This document shows, piece by piece, positions 27,386 through 36,024 of a stretch of 39,162 bases of DNA. The notes under the pieces were generated by a model. It worked only from the letters and a program-made list of their open reading frames with translations, did not search any database and had not been told where the DNA came from. How positions within the stretch are numbered: position 1 is the first letter of the stretch; every line of letters starts with the position of its first letter. Origin of the DNA: Candidatus Desantisbacteria bacterium CG1_02_49_89. Its GTDB lineage: Bacteria; Desantisbacteria; UBA1551. The translations under genes and the position numbers were made by a program. The stretch spans positions 1-39,162 of the forward strand of contig MNUP01000075.1 of assembly GCA_001871075.1 (NCBI GenBank), in the 5' to 3' direction.

Positions 27386-28738
27386 ATGTTCAAAAAGATA
27401 CTGATAGCCAATCGCGGGGAGATCGCCTTAAGGGTGATGAGGGCGTGCAGGGAAATGGGCATAGCCACGGTCGCGGTCTATTCCGAAGCGGACCGTGATT
27501 CTTTGCACGTAAGGTTTGCCGACGAGCGTATCTGCATCGGTTCTGCCGCTCCGAGGTCAAGTTACCTTAACGTGCCCAGCATAATAACCGCGGCAGAGGT
27601 GAGCGGCGCAGAAGCGATCCACCCGGGTTATGGTTTTCTTTCGGAAAACCAGCATTTCGCCGAGGCGTGCGAGTCCTGCGGCCTGAAATTCATAGGCCCT
27701 TCATCAAAAACCCTTGGTATGGTTGGCGACAAATCCCAGACCAGGCGCATAATGATGAAAGAGGGAGTTCCCTGCATACCGGGATCCAGCGAATCGGTCA
27801 AGAACGAGGCAGAAGCGCTTAAGATCGTCCGCCATATCGGCTACCCTGTGATCATTAAAGCATCTCTTGGCGGCGGTGGGAAGGGGATGAGGGTTGTCCA
27901 GAATGAGGAAGAACTGAAGAAGAATTTTCAGATATCGTCTTCGGAGGCAGAATCGGCATTCGGCAGCAGCGCTGTGTACCTTGAAAAATACATAAGCGAG
28001 CCAAGGCACACGGAATTCCAGATACTCGCGGACGAGCACGGCAATATAGTCCACCTGGGCGAAAGAGACTGTTCCATCCAGAGAAGGCACCAGAAACTGA
28101 TAGAGGAATCGCCGTCCACCGCGATTGACCAGAGGCTGAGAAAGCTGATGGGCAGGTTCGCTATACGCGCGGCCAAGGCTGTAAATTACATCGGGGCAGG
28201 GACAGTGGAGTTCCTGCTGGACAAGGAAGGTAAGTTCTATTTCATGGAAATGAACGCAAGGGTCCAGGTTGAGCATCCCGTAACCGAGTTCGTAACCGGA
28301 GTTGATATATTAAAAGAACAGATAAAAATAGCGGGAAGCGAAAGACTGGCGCTGGCGCAGGAAGAAATAGAATTTTCAGGCCACGCGATCGAGTGCAGGA
28401 TAAACGCCGAAGACACTGAAAAAGATTTTATGCCTGTTCCGGGGAAGATCACTTTTCTGCACCTGCCCGGAGGCCCGGGCGTAAGGGTGGACACGCACAT
28501 TTACCAGGGATACCAGGTCTCGCCGTATTATGATTCTTTGCTTGCCAAGCTCATTGTTTGGGGAGGCAGGCGCGAGGATGCGATAGAGCGCATGCGCGGA
28601 GCCCTCCACGAATTTGTGATCGAGGGTATCCCGACCACGATCCCCTTCCACAAAACCGTAATGAACAACGCATTTTTCAGAAGGGGTGAGATATCCACGA
28701 ATTTTATCCAGAGGCGCATTAACGGTGAGGCTCCTTAA
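27386..28738 (+). CDS. accC: Biotin carboxylase
   Basis: MFKKILIANRGEIA, HPGYGFLSEN, GGGGKGMR, RDCSIQRRHQK, EMNARVQVEH. Confidence 0.97.
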   Translation: MFKKILIANRGEIALRVMRACREMGIATVAVYSEADRDSLHVRFADERICIGSAAPRSSYLNVPSIITAAEVSGAEAIHPGYGFLSENQHFAEACESCGLKFIGPSSKTLGMVGDKSQTRRIMMKEGVPCIPGSSESVKNEAEALKIVRHIGYPVIIKASLGGGGKGMRVVQNEEELKKNFQISSSEAESAFGSSAVYLEKYISEPRHTEFQILADEHGNIVHLGERDCSIQRRHQKLIEESPSTAIDQRLRKLMGRFAIRAAKAVNYIGAGTVEFLLDKEGKFYFMEMNARVQVEHPVTEFVTGVDILKEQIKIAGSERLALAQEEIEFSGHAIECRINAEDTEKDFMPVPGKITFLHLPGGPGVRVDTHIYQGYQVSPYYDSLLAKLIVWGGRREDAIERMRGALHEFVIEGIPTTIPFHKTVMNNAFFRRGEISTNFIQRRINGEAP

Positions 28739-28747
28739 GGGGGAAAA

Positions 28748-29086
28748 ATGATAGAGAAGAGCGAACTGGGTATCGTGAAAATATCGGGTAACGCGATCGC
28801 GGGCATCGCGGCACGCGCCGCGCAGGAGGTAAAGGGCGTGACCGGTGTCGGAGGGGGGTTTATACACACCATCCTTAAGTTATTAAAGATCGATTCGCAC
28901 CACGGCATAAGGGTTGATATACTGGCAAACGGCGATGTGATCCTGGTTGTGCCGGTAAGCATCGAATACGGCAGAGAGATCTCCGCTATATCCGTGGAGG
29001 TACAGGAAAAGGTGAAAAAATCCATCGAGGAATTTTCCGGGCTCGAGGCTATAAAAATAGACGTAAATATAGACGGTGTTCAATAA
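28748..29086 (+). CDS. Asp23/Gls24 family envelope stress protein
   Basis: LGIVKIS..AIAGIA..A..EVKGV, EYG, VQEKVK..IE..SGL..IDVNI; follows accC. Confidence 0.88.
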   Translation: MIEKSELGIVKISGNAIAGIAARAAQEVKGVTGVGGGFIHTILKLLKIDSHHGIRVDILANGDVILVVPVSIEYGREISAISVEVQEKVKKSIEEFSGLEAIKIDVNIDGVQ

Positions 29087-29098
29087 CTGGAGGAGAAA

Positions 29099-29656
29099 AT
29101 GCGCGGTTTAATTAAGTCCTTCCTGATTTTCGGTGCGGCAGCGTTTTTCGGGCTGGCTATCTACACTTTCCTTATATCAGCCAGGATCCTGGATTACGGT
29201 GACGCACAGGAGTTCCTGGTGCTGGGATTAAAGAACCTTGGACGCCTGAACTACAGGTTGATATTCGGCATCATTGCATTCCTGGCACTGGTCATAAGTG
29301 TTGTTTCTTTTTACGCTTCTTTTAAGGAGAGAGTGATAAAAAGGGATATCTCGTTCGGTAATCCTCTGGGCGAGGTCAAAATATCGCTGAGCGCCATCAG
29401 CGATTTCGTCCAAAAGCTGGGCAGCCAGATCGAGGACGTAAAAGATATAAAGCCCAGGGTGGTGGCTGGCAGAAAAGGCCTTGAGATATATAACAAGATA
29501 ACCCTGTATTCGGACAGCAACATACCGGCTGCGAGCGACAGGGTGCAGACGATCGTAAAAAGGTACGTGCAGGATGTGCTGGGCATACAGGAAGTAAGCG
29601 AGGTAAAAGTTTTTGTTGAAAAGATAATACCCCGCGAAACAGGCATTCAGGGTTAA
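29099..29656 (+). CDS. amaP: Alkaline shock response membrane anchor AmaP-like protein
   Basis: Two N-terminal TMs, GEVKISLSAI, VLGI..V..VKVFV; synteny with asp23. Confidence 0.75.
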   Translation: MRGLIKSFLIFGAAAFFGLAIYTFLISARILDYGDAQEFLVLGLKNLGRLNYRLIFGIIAFLALVISVVSFYASFKERVIKRDISFGNPLGEVKISLSAISDFVQKLGSQIEDVKDIKPRVVAGRKGLEIYNKITLYSDSNIPAASDRVQTIVKRYVQDVLGIQEVSEVKVFVEKIIPRETGIQG

Positions 29657-29676
29657 TAAGATTCCGTGGAGGGGCC

Positions 29677-29889
29677 ATGGGTGAAGAGATCAAGTTCAAT
29701 TTTAGAAGCGGGAGGGCAGCCGGCGCCCTTATAGGGTTTGCGATCGGTATACTGGTGCTCTTCTGGGTATTCCTCTGGAAGATCATATTACTGATCATTA
29801 TCGTTCTTGCGGGTTACTGTATAGGCAGGATCGTTGATAACAAGAGGAACGGGACAGTCATAGACGTTGGCCCCGGCAGGAAAGAATAA
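29677..29889 (+). CDS. DUF2273-like small membrane protein
   Basis: GALIGFAIGIL..WK..LLI..GYCIGR..D; synteny with asp23-amaP. Confidence 0.7.
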   Translation: MGEEIKFNFRSGRAAGALIGFAIGILVLFWVFLWKIILLIIIVLAGYCIGRIVDNKRNGTVIDVGPGRKE

Positions 29890-29895
29890 AAGCCC

Positions 29896-30315
29896 ATGGC
29901 GGACAGGGGGGTTGCGCGGATTATTGATGCCAATGTCAACAGGTGCCTTGAAGGCCTCAGGGTGATAGAAGATGCCGCAAGGTTCATCCTGGATGACAGC
30001 CGCATTACCGCGCGCCTTAAGAAGGTACGCCACGACACAAAGGACGCGGTAAAGAATTTGCAAGATGAGAGTGAGCTTCTGCTATCAAGAGATTCAGGGA
30101 AGGACGTCGGAGCGAAAAGCTTTACCGCAAGCGAGTCCCGCCGGAACAGCGTTGATGACATCCTCAGGGCGAATTTCAGGCGTGTTGAAGAATCATACAG
30201 GGTGCTTGAAGAATACACAAAGCTCATTGATCCGCCGCATTCCGTATGTTTCAAGAACCTGCGTTTCAGGACATACAGCCTTGAAAAAGCTATTTTCATA
30301 AAGCGCGGGATTTAG
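29896..30315 (+). CDS. Stand-alone ThiE N-terminal (ThiD2-like) helical domain
   Basis: RIIDANVNRCLEGLRVIED, RD..DVG, ANFRRVEESYRVLEE, RFRTYSLEK. Confidence 0.85.
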   Translation: MADRGVARIIDANVNRCLEGLRVIEDAARFILDDSRITARLKKVRHDTKDAVKNLQDESELLLSRDSGKDVGAKSFTASESRRNSVDDILRANFRRVEESYRVLEEYTKLIDPPHSVCFKNLRFRTYSLEKAIFIKRGI

Positions 30316-30323
30316 GGAAGGAT

Positions 30324-32150
30324 TTACTCGGCAGGCTTGGTTTCAGGCTGGGTACTGGGTCTATAAGCGCCGTTCATGTATTCAGCCCAGATCGGCAGCG
30401 CTACTGCCGCGCCGCTCATTCTGGGTCCCAGGGTTGTTTTATCGTCACGGCCGACATAGACCGTGGTGACGATCGTCGGGGTGAACCCGACAAACCACGC
30501 GTCAGTGAATTCGTCGGTTGTTCCGGTCTTGCCGGCGCATTTGTAGCGGAACCCGTAGGCAGAAAGGTATCTCGCGGTCCCGAATTCAACAACGCCGCGC
30601 ATCAGTTCAGTAACCTGCTCGCAGGTAGAGGCGTTAAGGGCGGTTTCAAACCTGGGCGATGTTTCTTCAAGGATCCTTCCCTCGCTGTCTTTCACAAGTC
30701 TTATAAAGAAGGGTTCGGTCCTGACACCGCGGTTCGCGATCGTTGAAAAAGCCTGCGTGAGCTCAAGCGGAGTTACTTCATAAGTACCGAGTGCCAGAGA
30801 AAGGTCCGCCCCAAGCGGGCTTTTAATGCCGGCCGCGGCAGCGTAGGGAATTACATTTTCGGGTCCTACGAGTTCAATTAATTTTATAGTGGCAAGGTTC
30901 AGGGACTGAGCGATGGCAACCCTTAAAGTAACAGTTCCGTGCATGATCCCGTCATAGTTCTTTGGTTCCCATTTTTTATTCTTTTCAGAAGCAGGATAGG
31001 AAACACCTGAGTCAAGAACAGTGTCGTCAGGTTTGAAGCCCATGTCCAGCGCCGCCAGATAGATAAACGGCTTGAATGCCGAGCCGGGCTGCCTGTGCGC
31101 CTGGACCGCCCTGTTGAACTGGCTCTTTTTAAAATCGCAACCGCCTATCATGGCTTTTACTTCACCGGTCGCGGGGTCTATTGACACAAGCGCTCCGTCA
31201 ATGTTTTCTTTTTTCAGTTCTTTGCGCAGTCTCTGTATATTCGCGGGAAAAACTTTTTCAGCTGTTTTCTGCATAACGGGATCAGCGGTGGTGTATATCT
31301 CAAGGCCGCCCCTGTAGAGGAGCTCGCTCCCGTATTTTTCTTCAAGGTATATGCGCAGGTATTCAATAAAGTAGAGAGGTTTTATTTCTTTGTGCATTGG
31401 CGGGCGGATCACGATATTGGTTTTGCGCGCGTCATATTCTTCTTCGGGAGTTATGTAACCAAGTTCGCGCATTTTTTTTAAAACAAGTTTTTGCCTTGCA
31501 AAGGTATTTTCGGGATTCTGGTACGGAGAGTAGTAATTACTGGGCGATCGGGGAAGGCCGGCAAGCAGCGCGCACTCGGCTGTATTAAGGTTCTGGGTCT
31601 CCTTTCCGAAGAATGTCCAGGCGGCTGAGCCTACGCCGTAGGCCCCGGACCCGTAGTAGATCTGGTTAAGATACATTTCAAGGATCTGTTCTTTGGTATA
31701 CCGGCGTTCTATCTCGAGCGAAAGCATTGCTTCCCTGAATTTTCTAATAAAGGTTTTTTTCCTTGTCAGGAACAGGGAGCGTGCGAGCTGCTGGGTTATG
31801 GTGCTGGCGCCTTCTTTCAGTTTCATATGGAGTATGTCCTGGACCGCGGCACCGAGTATCCTGTAGAAATCCACGCCTTTATGCTTGAGAAATCTTTCGT
31901 CTTCAATGGCAACCGTGGCGTTCCTTAGGTTTTCAGGCATCTGGTTAAGAGAGATCAGGGTTCTGTGTTCCTCGCCGAACTCTGACATGAGCGAACCATC
32001 CGCGTAATAGACTTTGCTTGAGAGTTTGGGCTGGTATTCCTCCAGCGCCTTCAAAGAAGGCAGCCCCGCCATTCCTATAATAAGGAATGTCACACCCCCA
32101 AGCAGTATGATAAGCAAGAGCCATAATACGAATCTCGTTTCTTTTTTCAT
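30324..32150 (-). CDS. Class A penicillin-binding protein (PBP1A family)
   Basis: EDERF..H.G, GASTITQQLAR, RQPGSAFKP, SLN, KTGTT. Confidence 0.95.
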   Translation of the reverse strand: MKKETRFVLWLLLIILLGGVTFLIIGMAGLPSLKALEEYQPKLSSKVYYADGSLMSEFGEEHRTLISLNQMPENLRNATVAIEDERFLKHKGVDFYRILGAAVQDILHMKLKEGASTITQQLARSLFLTRKKTFIRKFREAMLSLEIERRYTKEQILEMYLNQIYYGSGAYGVGSAAWTFFGKETQNLNTAECALLAGLPRSPSNYYSPYQNPENTFARQKLVLKKMRELGYITPEEEYDARKTNIVIRPPMHKEIKPLYFIEYLRIYLEEKYGSELLYRGGLEIYTTADPVMQKTAEKVFPANIQRLRKELKKENIDGALVSIDPATGEVKAMIGGCDFKKSQFNRAVQAHRQPGSAFKPFIYLAALDMGFKPDDTVLDSGVSYPASEKNKKWEPKNYDGIMHGTVTLRVAIAQSLNLATIKLIELVGPENVIPYAAAAGIKSPLGADLSLALGTYEVTPLELTQAFSTIANRGVRTEPFFIRLVKDSEGRILEETSPRFETALNASTCEQVTELMRGVVEFGTARYLSAYGFRYKCAGKTGTTDEFTDAWFVGFTPTIVTTVYVGRDDKTTLGPRMSGAAVALPIWAEYMNGAYRPSTQPETKPAE

Positions 32151-32162
32151 AAGGAATCCCTG

Positions 32163-32197
32163 AACCGGCTAACCGGAGAACCAGTTAACCGGCAAAC
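32163..32197. repeat. Octamer array (AACCRGNN)x4
   Basis: AACCGGCT AACCGGAG AACCAGTT AACCGGCA AAC. Confidence 0.8.
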
Positions 32198-32208
32198 AAA
32201 GTAATCAT

Positions 32209-32236
32209 ATTATATACTTTCTTTTTAAAATGTCAA
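32209..32236 (-). promoter_or_regulatory. Putative sigma70 promoter for the PBP1A gene
   Basis: Minus strand TTGACA-16 nt-TATAAT, about 60 nt upstream of the start. Confidence 0.7.
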
Positions 32237-32246
32237 TTATAAAGAT

Positions 32247-32282
32247 GATTACGGTGATTTAAAAAAACGATTACAGTGATTA
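32247..32282. repeat. Paired GATTACRGTGATT motif
   Basis: Copies at 32247 and 32269; reverse complement of the motifs at 26728 and 37225. Confidence 0.82.
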
Positions 32283-32312
32283 ATGCTGTAAATAAACATA
32301 TCCGAGGAGCAA

Positions 32313-33524
32313 ATGACTATTGAAGATGAACTGAAAATAATAACCAGGAACGTTGTGGATGTGCTGCCGAATAAGGAAGAGCTGAAGAAGCTGCTCCAGG
32401 AACGCAGGCCTTTAAAGATCAAGTACGGCGTTGACCCTACCGCCCCGGACATACACCTGGGCCATACCGTAGTGCTATGGAAGCTGCGCGATTTCCAGAA
32501 CCTTGGTCACATCGTTCAGTTCATACTGGGTGATTTCACAGCCATGATAGGGGATCCTTCGGGCAGGAACGAGGCAAGGAAGACGCTTCCAGAGGATGTG
32601 ATCAGGGATAACGCCAAAACATACCTTGACCAGGTCTTCAAGATACTCAACAAGGAAAAAACGGAAGTAAATCCTAACAGCAAGTGGTTTAAGCAGATGG
32701 GGCTTGACGGTTTCCTGGGACTGGCTTCCCATTACACTGTGGCAAGGGTGCTTGAACGTTCCGAATTCAAGGACAGGTTCGTTAATAAGCAGGAGATAAC
32801 GCTCCTTGAATTTATTTACCCGCTCCTGCAGGGTTATGACTCCGTAATGCTCAAGAACGACATAGAAATAGGCGGCACTGACCAGACTTTCAACCTTCTG
32901 GTCGGCAGGGATCTGCAGAAGGATTACGGCCAGAAGGAGCAGATCGTGCTGACCATGCCGCTGCTTGTCGGGACTGACGGCACCAGGAAAATGAGTAAGA
33001 CATACGGGAATTATATCGGCATAACGGACGCTGCGGAGCAGATGTTCGGAAAAGCGATGTCTATAACCGACAACCTGATATTCACATATTTCAGACTGCT
33101 TACACCCGTGCCGGAAACCAGGATCGCGGGAATGGAGCTGAAGGTCCGTTCCGGCGAAATGAATCCAAGGGATGCCAAGGCAATGCTCGCGTCAGAGCTT
33201 GTTGTCCTTTATCACGGGAAAGAAAAGGCATTAGCCGCATCGGAGGAGTTCGACAGGATATTCAAAAACAAAGAGCTTCCCAGCGAGATGCCCTCAAGCG
33301 TTTACGCGAATTCGGACAAGGTATGGATAGTGGATGCACTTGTGGACAACAAGCTCGCGAAAAATAAAACAGAGGCGAACAGGCTCATCCAGCAGGGCGC
33401 GGTCGAACTGGACGGCAGCGTTATATCGGTGCCGGATTACGACATTTCCCTTGAAAAAGAGCATATCCTCAAGGTGGGCAAGCGCAGGTTCCTGAAGATC
33501 AGGGGAGGGAAGAACACGGTATAA
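32313..33524 (+). CDS. tyrS: Tyrosine--tRNA ligase
   Basis: GVDPTAPDIHLGH, YPLLQGYDS, GGTDQTFN, KMSKT, C-terminal S4 domain ending KVGKRRF. Confidence 0.97.
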   Translation: MTIEDELKIITRNVVDVLPNKEELKKLLQERRPLKIKYGVDPTAPDIHLGHTVVLWKLRDFQNLGHIVQFILGDFTAMIGDPSGRNEARKTLPEDVIRDNAKTYLDQVFKILNKEKTEVNPNSKWFKQMGLDGFLGLASHYTVARVLERSEFKDRFVNKQEITLLEFIYPLLQGYDSVMLKNDIEIGGTDQTFNLLVGRDLQKDYGQKEQIVLTMPLLVGTDGTRKMSKTYGNYIGITDAAEQMFGKAMSITDNLIFTYFRLLTPVPETRIAGMELKVRSGEMNPRDAKAMLASELVVLYHGKEKALAASEEFDRIFKNKELPSEMPSSVYANSDKVWIVDALVDNKLAKNKTEANRLIQQGAVELDGSVISVPDYDISLEKEHILKVGKRRFLKIRGGKNTV

Positions 33525-33526
33525 AG

Positions 33527-33970
33527 ATGCCAAGAAAGCTTATTATCCTGACAGTTTTCGGCGCGGCAATGGGCTGGTGGGAAGGGGTTGTCGTTGTTTA
33601 TATCAGGAAGATCCTTCAGTTAAGCATTCCTGACCTTACCCGGATGGTTATGGGGCAGGTCCCGCGCGACCTTCTTTCGATAGAAATGACAAGAGAGGCA
33701 GCCACTATAATAATGCTTGTTGCGGTTGCCCTGATGCTTGAGAAAAATTGGTGGCGCAGGCTGGCTGTGTTCTTGTGGGTGTTCGCGGTATGGGACCTGG
33801 TTTATTATGCCGCCCTCAAAGTATTAATAGGCTGGCCGCCTTCTTTTGCCACAATAGACTGCCTTTTCCTGATCCCTGCTCCATGGATCGCGCCGGTTTG
33901 GGTGCCGGTCCTTACAATGGCGGGTTTCCTTGTGTTTTCAGGCTGGTTGTTCCTTAAAATAAAAGAATAA
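33527..33970 (+). CDS. Hypothetical integral membrane protein
   Basis: About four TMs; E..VVVY.R, REAATIIML, WDLVYY, FLIP.PW..PVW.P. Confidence 0.8.
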   Translation: MPRKLIILTVFGAAMGWWEGVVVVYIRKILQLSIPDLTRMVMGQVPRDLLSIEMTREAATIIMLVAVALMLEKNWWRRLAVFLWVFAVWDLVYYAALKVLIGWPPSFATIDCLFLIPAPWIAPVWVPVLTMAGFLVFSGWLFLKIKE

Positions 33971-34130
33971 TTATGAATTATGAGTTATGAGTTATGAATC
34001 AACTGCAAGGGTGTTTATTGTCCCAAAGGGACCCCTTCGGGGTAACTCAGGGCTTTAGCCCTGATTCATAATTTTGCCTTTCGGGCAACATTCTCGTGTG
34101 GTTTTGCAGAATGTTTTCGAATTCCATAAT
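33970..34130. repeat. Composite repeat: (RTTATGA)x4, REP-like palindrome with a nested 22-nt insert, further hairpins
   Basis: Heptamers 33970-33997; insert 34021-34042; TCAGGGCTTTAGCCCTGA 34047-34064; hairpins 34074-34116. Confidence 0.85.
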
Positions 34131-34148
34131 TTTATTTAAGGAGAAACA

Positions 34149-35021
34149 ATGCTTCAGAGTATGACAGGTTACGGGTATTGCAGGACAGGCAAAGAGGGGG
34201 TTTCGTTTTTCATAGAAATAAAATCCCTGAATTCAAAATTTCTTGACATATTCCTGAAGCTGCCGGAAGGAATGACGTTCCTTGAGGACAGGATAAAAGA
34301 GGTTATCCAGCAGAAGTTTGACAGGGGGCGGATAAGCCTTTCGATCATCGAAGAGCAGTACAGCGGTAAGGTCCTGTCGGTAGACATAGCGCAGGCAAGG
34401 AAGTATCATAATGCCTTTAAAAAGCTTAAGGAGAAACTTGATATTTCAGGAGAGATCGATATCGGATTATTCCGTGACATTCCGCATATTTTCAGGACGG
34501 GAAAAGAAGGATATTCGCTGTCCGTAATATGGCCGGCGCTCAAAAAAGGCATTGAAAAAGCAGTACTCATGCTCGAAGTTTCAAGGAACAAAGAGGGCAG
34601 GAAAATACAGCGCGCGCTCGCAAAACACGCCGCGGGTATTTCGGCGGCAGTCCTGAAAATAGAGGAGCACGCGCCCGAGGCCGTAAAATTCCACAAGGAG
34701 AAGCTCGAGCATACCCTGAAAGAATTTCTGCCCGAGCTTAACCTGAACAGCCCCAGGCTTGTGGAAGAGCTGACCCTGTTCGCAAGCCGGGTGGACATAA
34801 GCGAGGAGATGATGCGCCTTAAGGCGCACCTGCAGTCCTTCCTTGGCACCCTGGAACTTTCCGGGTCTGTCGGCAGGCGGCTTGATTTTATCGCCCAGGA
34901 AATGTCAAGGGAGATAAACACGCTTTCTTCAAAAGCCAACAGCTACGCTGTTTCGTCGCAGTCGGTCCTGGTAAAAGAAGAACTGGAAAAGATAAGGGAA
35001 CAGGTGCAGAATGTCGAATAA
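34149..35021 (+). CDS. yicC: YicC/YloC family endoribonuclease
   Basis: MLQSMTGYG, EIKSLN, DISEE..RL..H, GRRLDFIAQEMSREINTLSSK, IREQVQNVE. Confidence 0.95.
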   Translation: MLQSMTGYGYCRTGKEGVSFFIEIKSLNSKFLDIFLKLPEGMTFLEDRIKEVIQQKFDRGRISLSIIEEQYSGKVLSVDIAQARKYHNAFKKLKEKLDISGEIDIGLFRDIPHIFRTGKEGYSLSVIWPALKKGIEKAVLMLEVSRNKEGRKIQRALAKHAAGISAAVLKIEEHAPEAVKFHKEKLEHTLKEFLPELNLNSPRLVEELTLFASRVDISEEMMRLKAHLQSFLGTLELSGSVGRRLDFIAQEMSREINTLSSKANSYAVSSQSVLVKEELEKIREQVQNVE

Positions 35022-35062
35022 TTTTAAATTTAAAATTTTAAATTTTCAATTTGCAATTTAAA
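35021..35062. repeat. Heptamer array (ATTTNNA)x6 filling the yicC-gmk spacer
   Basis: ATTTTAA ATTTAAA ATTTTAA ATTTTCA ATTTGCA ATTTAAA, then ATG. Confidence 0.85.
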
Positions 35063-35647
35063 ATGAAAAAGACAGCAGACAGAAAAAAACAACTAGGAAA
35101 AATATTCGTGATATCGGCTCCTTCCGGAACCGGCAAGACCACGCTGGCAGACATACTGCTTAGATCGCGCCGGGGTTTTGTCCGGTCTGTTTCCTATACC
35201 ACGCGAAGACCCAGGGGGAATGAAAGGAACGGCAGGGATTATCAATTTATAAGCAGAGCTGACTTTTTAAAAAAGATAAATAAAAGCTTTTTCGCGGAAT
35301 GGGCTAAGGTGTATACCAACTATTATGGGACAAGCAAAGAATTCCTTGGTTGCGCTTTAAAGAGCGGTAAAAATGTTATGCTCGTTATAGATACCCAGGG
35401 CGGGTTCCAGATACACAGGATTTTTCCCAGGTCAGTCCTGATCTTCATAGCTCCCCCTTCTTTTAAAGAGCTTAAAAGGCGGCTCGCGGGAAGGGGAACA
35501 GAAAAAAGCGGCAGCATGGCAAAGAGGCTTGCCAAAGCAAGAAAAGAGATACGCGAAAGCAGGCAGTATGACCATGTTGTAATCAACGACAACTTGAAAG
35601 AAGCGTCATTTCAGCTTAAAAAAATAGTAACCAGTTATTTAAAATAA
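35063..35647 (+). CDS. gmk: Guanylate kinase
   Basis: SAPSGTGKTT, SYTTRRPRGNERNGRDYQF, NYYGTS, FIAPPS. Confidence 0.96.
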   Translation: MKKTADRKKQLGKIFVISAPSGTGKTTLADILLRSRRGFVRSVSYTTRRPRGNERNGRDYQFISRADFLKKINKSFFAEWAKVYTNYYGTSKEFLGCALKSGKNVMLVIDTQGGFQIHRIFPRSVLIFIAPPSFKELKRRLAGRGTEKSGSMAKRLAKARKEIRESRQYDHVVINDNLKEASFQLKKIVTSYLK

Positions 35648-35653
35648 TTTTCT

Positions 35654-35806
35654 ACTTGGCACCGGATACTGGTCACTGAGATCCCCCTCGCCCCGCCCTC
35701 TCCCTCAAGGGGAGAGGATTAAGGAGAGGGTGAGATTTGATTGGTTTTGTTAATTGTATTTTGATATTTTTACTGGATACTTGACACTGGTCACTGGACA
35801 CTGTAT
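35654..35806. repeat. ACTGGAY-type heptamer arrays flanking a CCTCTCCC/GGGAGAGG hairpin
   Basis: Arrays at 35654-35681 and 35772-35806 (reverse complement of the leuS CAGTRTC unit); hairpin 35683-35734. Confidence 0.8.
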
Positions 35807-35822
35807 TTAAAAGGAGGGTAAT

Positions 35823-36011
35823 TTGGAAAAAGAAAAAGTGCTTGTCGACAATATCTTGAACAGGACCGAGGACAGGTACACCCTGATAAACCTTGCCGCG
35901 AAAAGAGCAAAGGTAATTGTTGAATCCAATGACAATATGAAAATGACAGAAGCAATAAACAGGACGATCGAAGAGATCAGAGAAGGCAAATTAAGGGTAA
36001 AAACCGCTTAA
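35823..36011 (+). CDS. rpoZ: RNA polymerase omega subunit
   Basis: DRYTLINLAAKRA, EEIREGK; SD AAGGAGG; follows gmk. Confidence 0.85.
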   Translation: MEKEKVLVDNILNRTEDRYTLINLAAKRAKVIVESNDNMKMTEAINRTIEEIREGKLRVKTA

Positions 36012-36024
36012 AGGGGGAGGCAAA

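Noticed and set aside
32150-32313. T-box or other riboswitch upstream of tyrS (also checked before leuS)
   Set aside because: No T-box consensus or terminator/antiterminator seen; the space is short and filled by a promoter and repeats.
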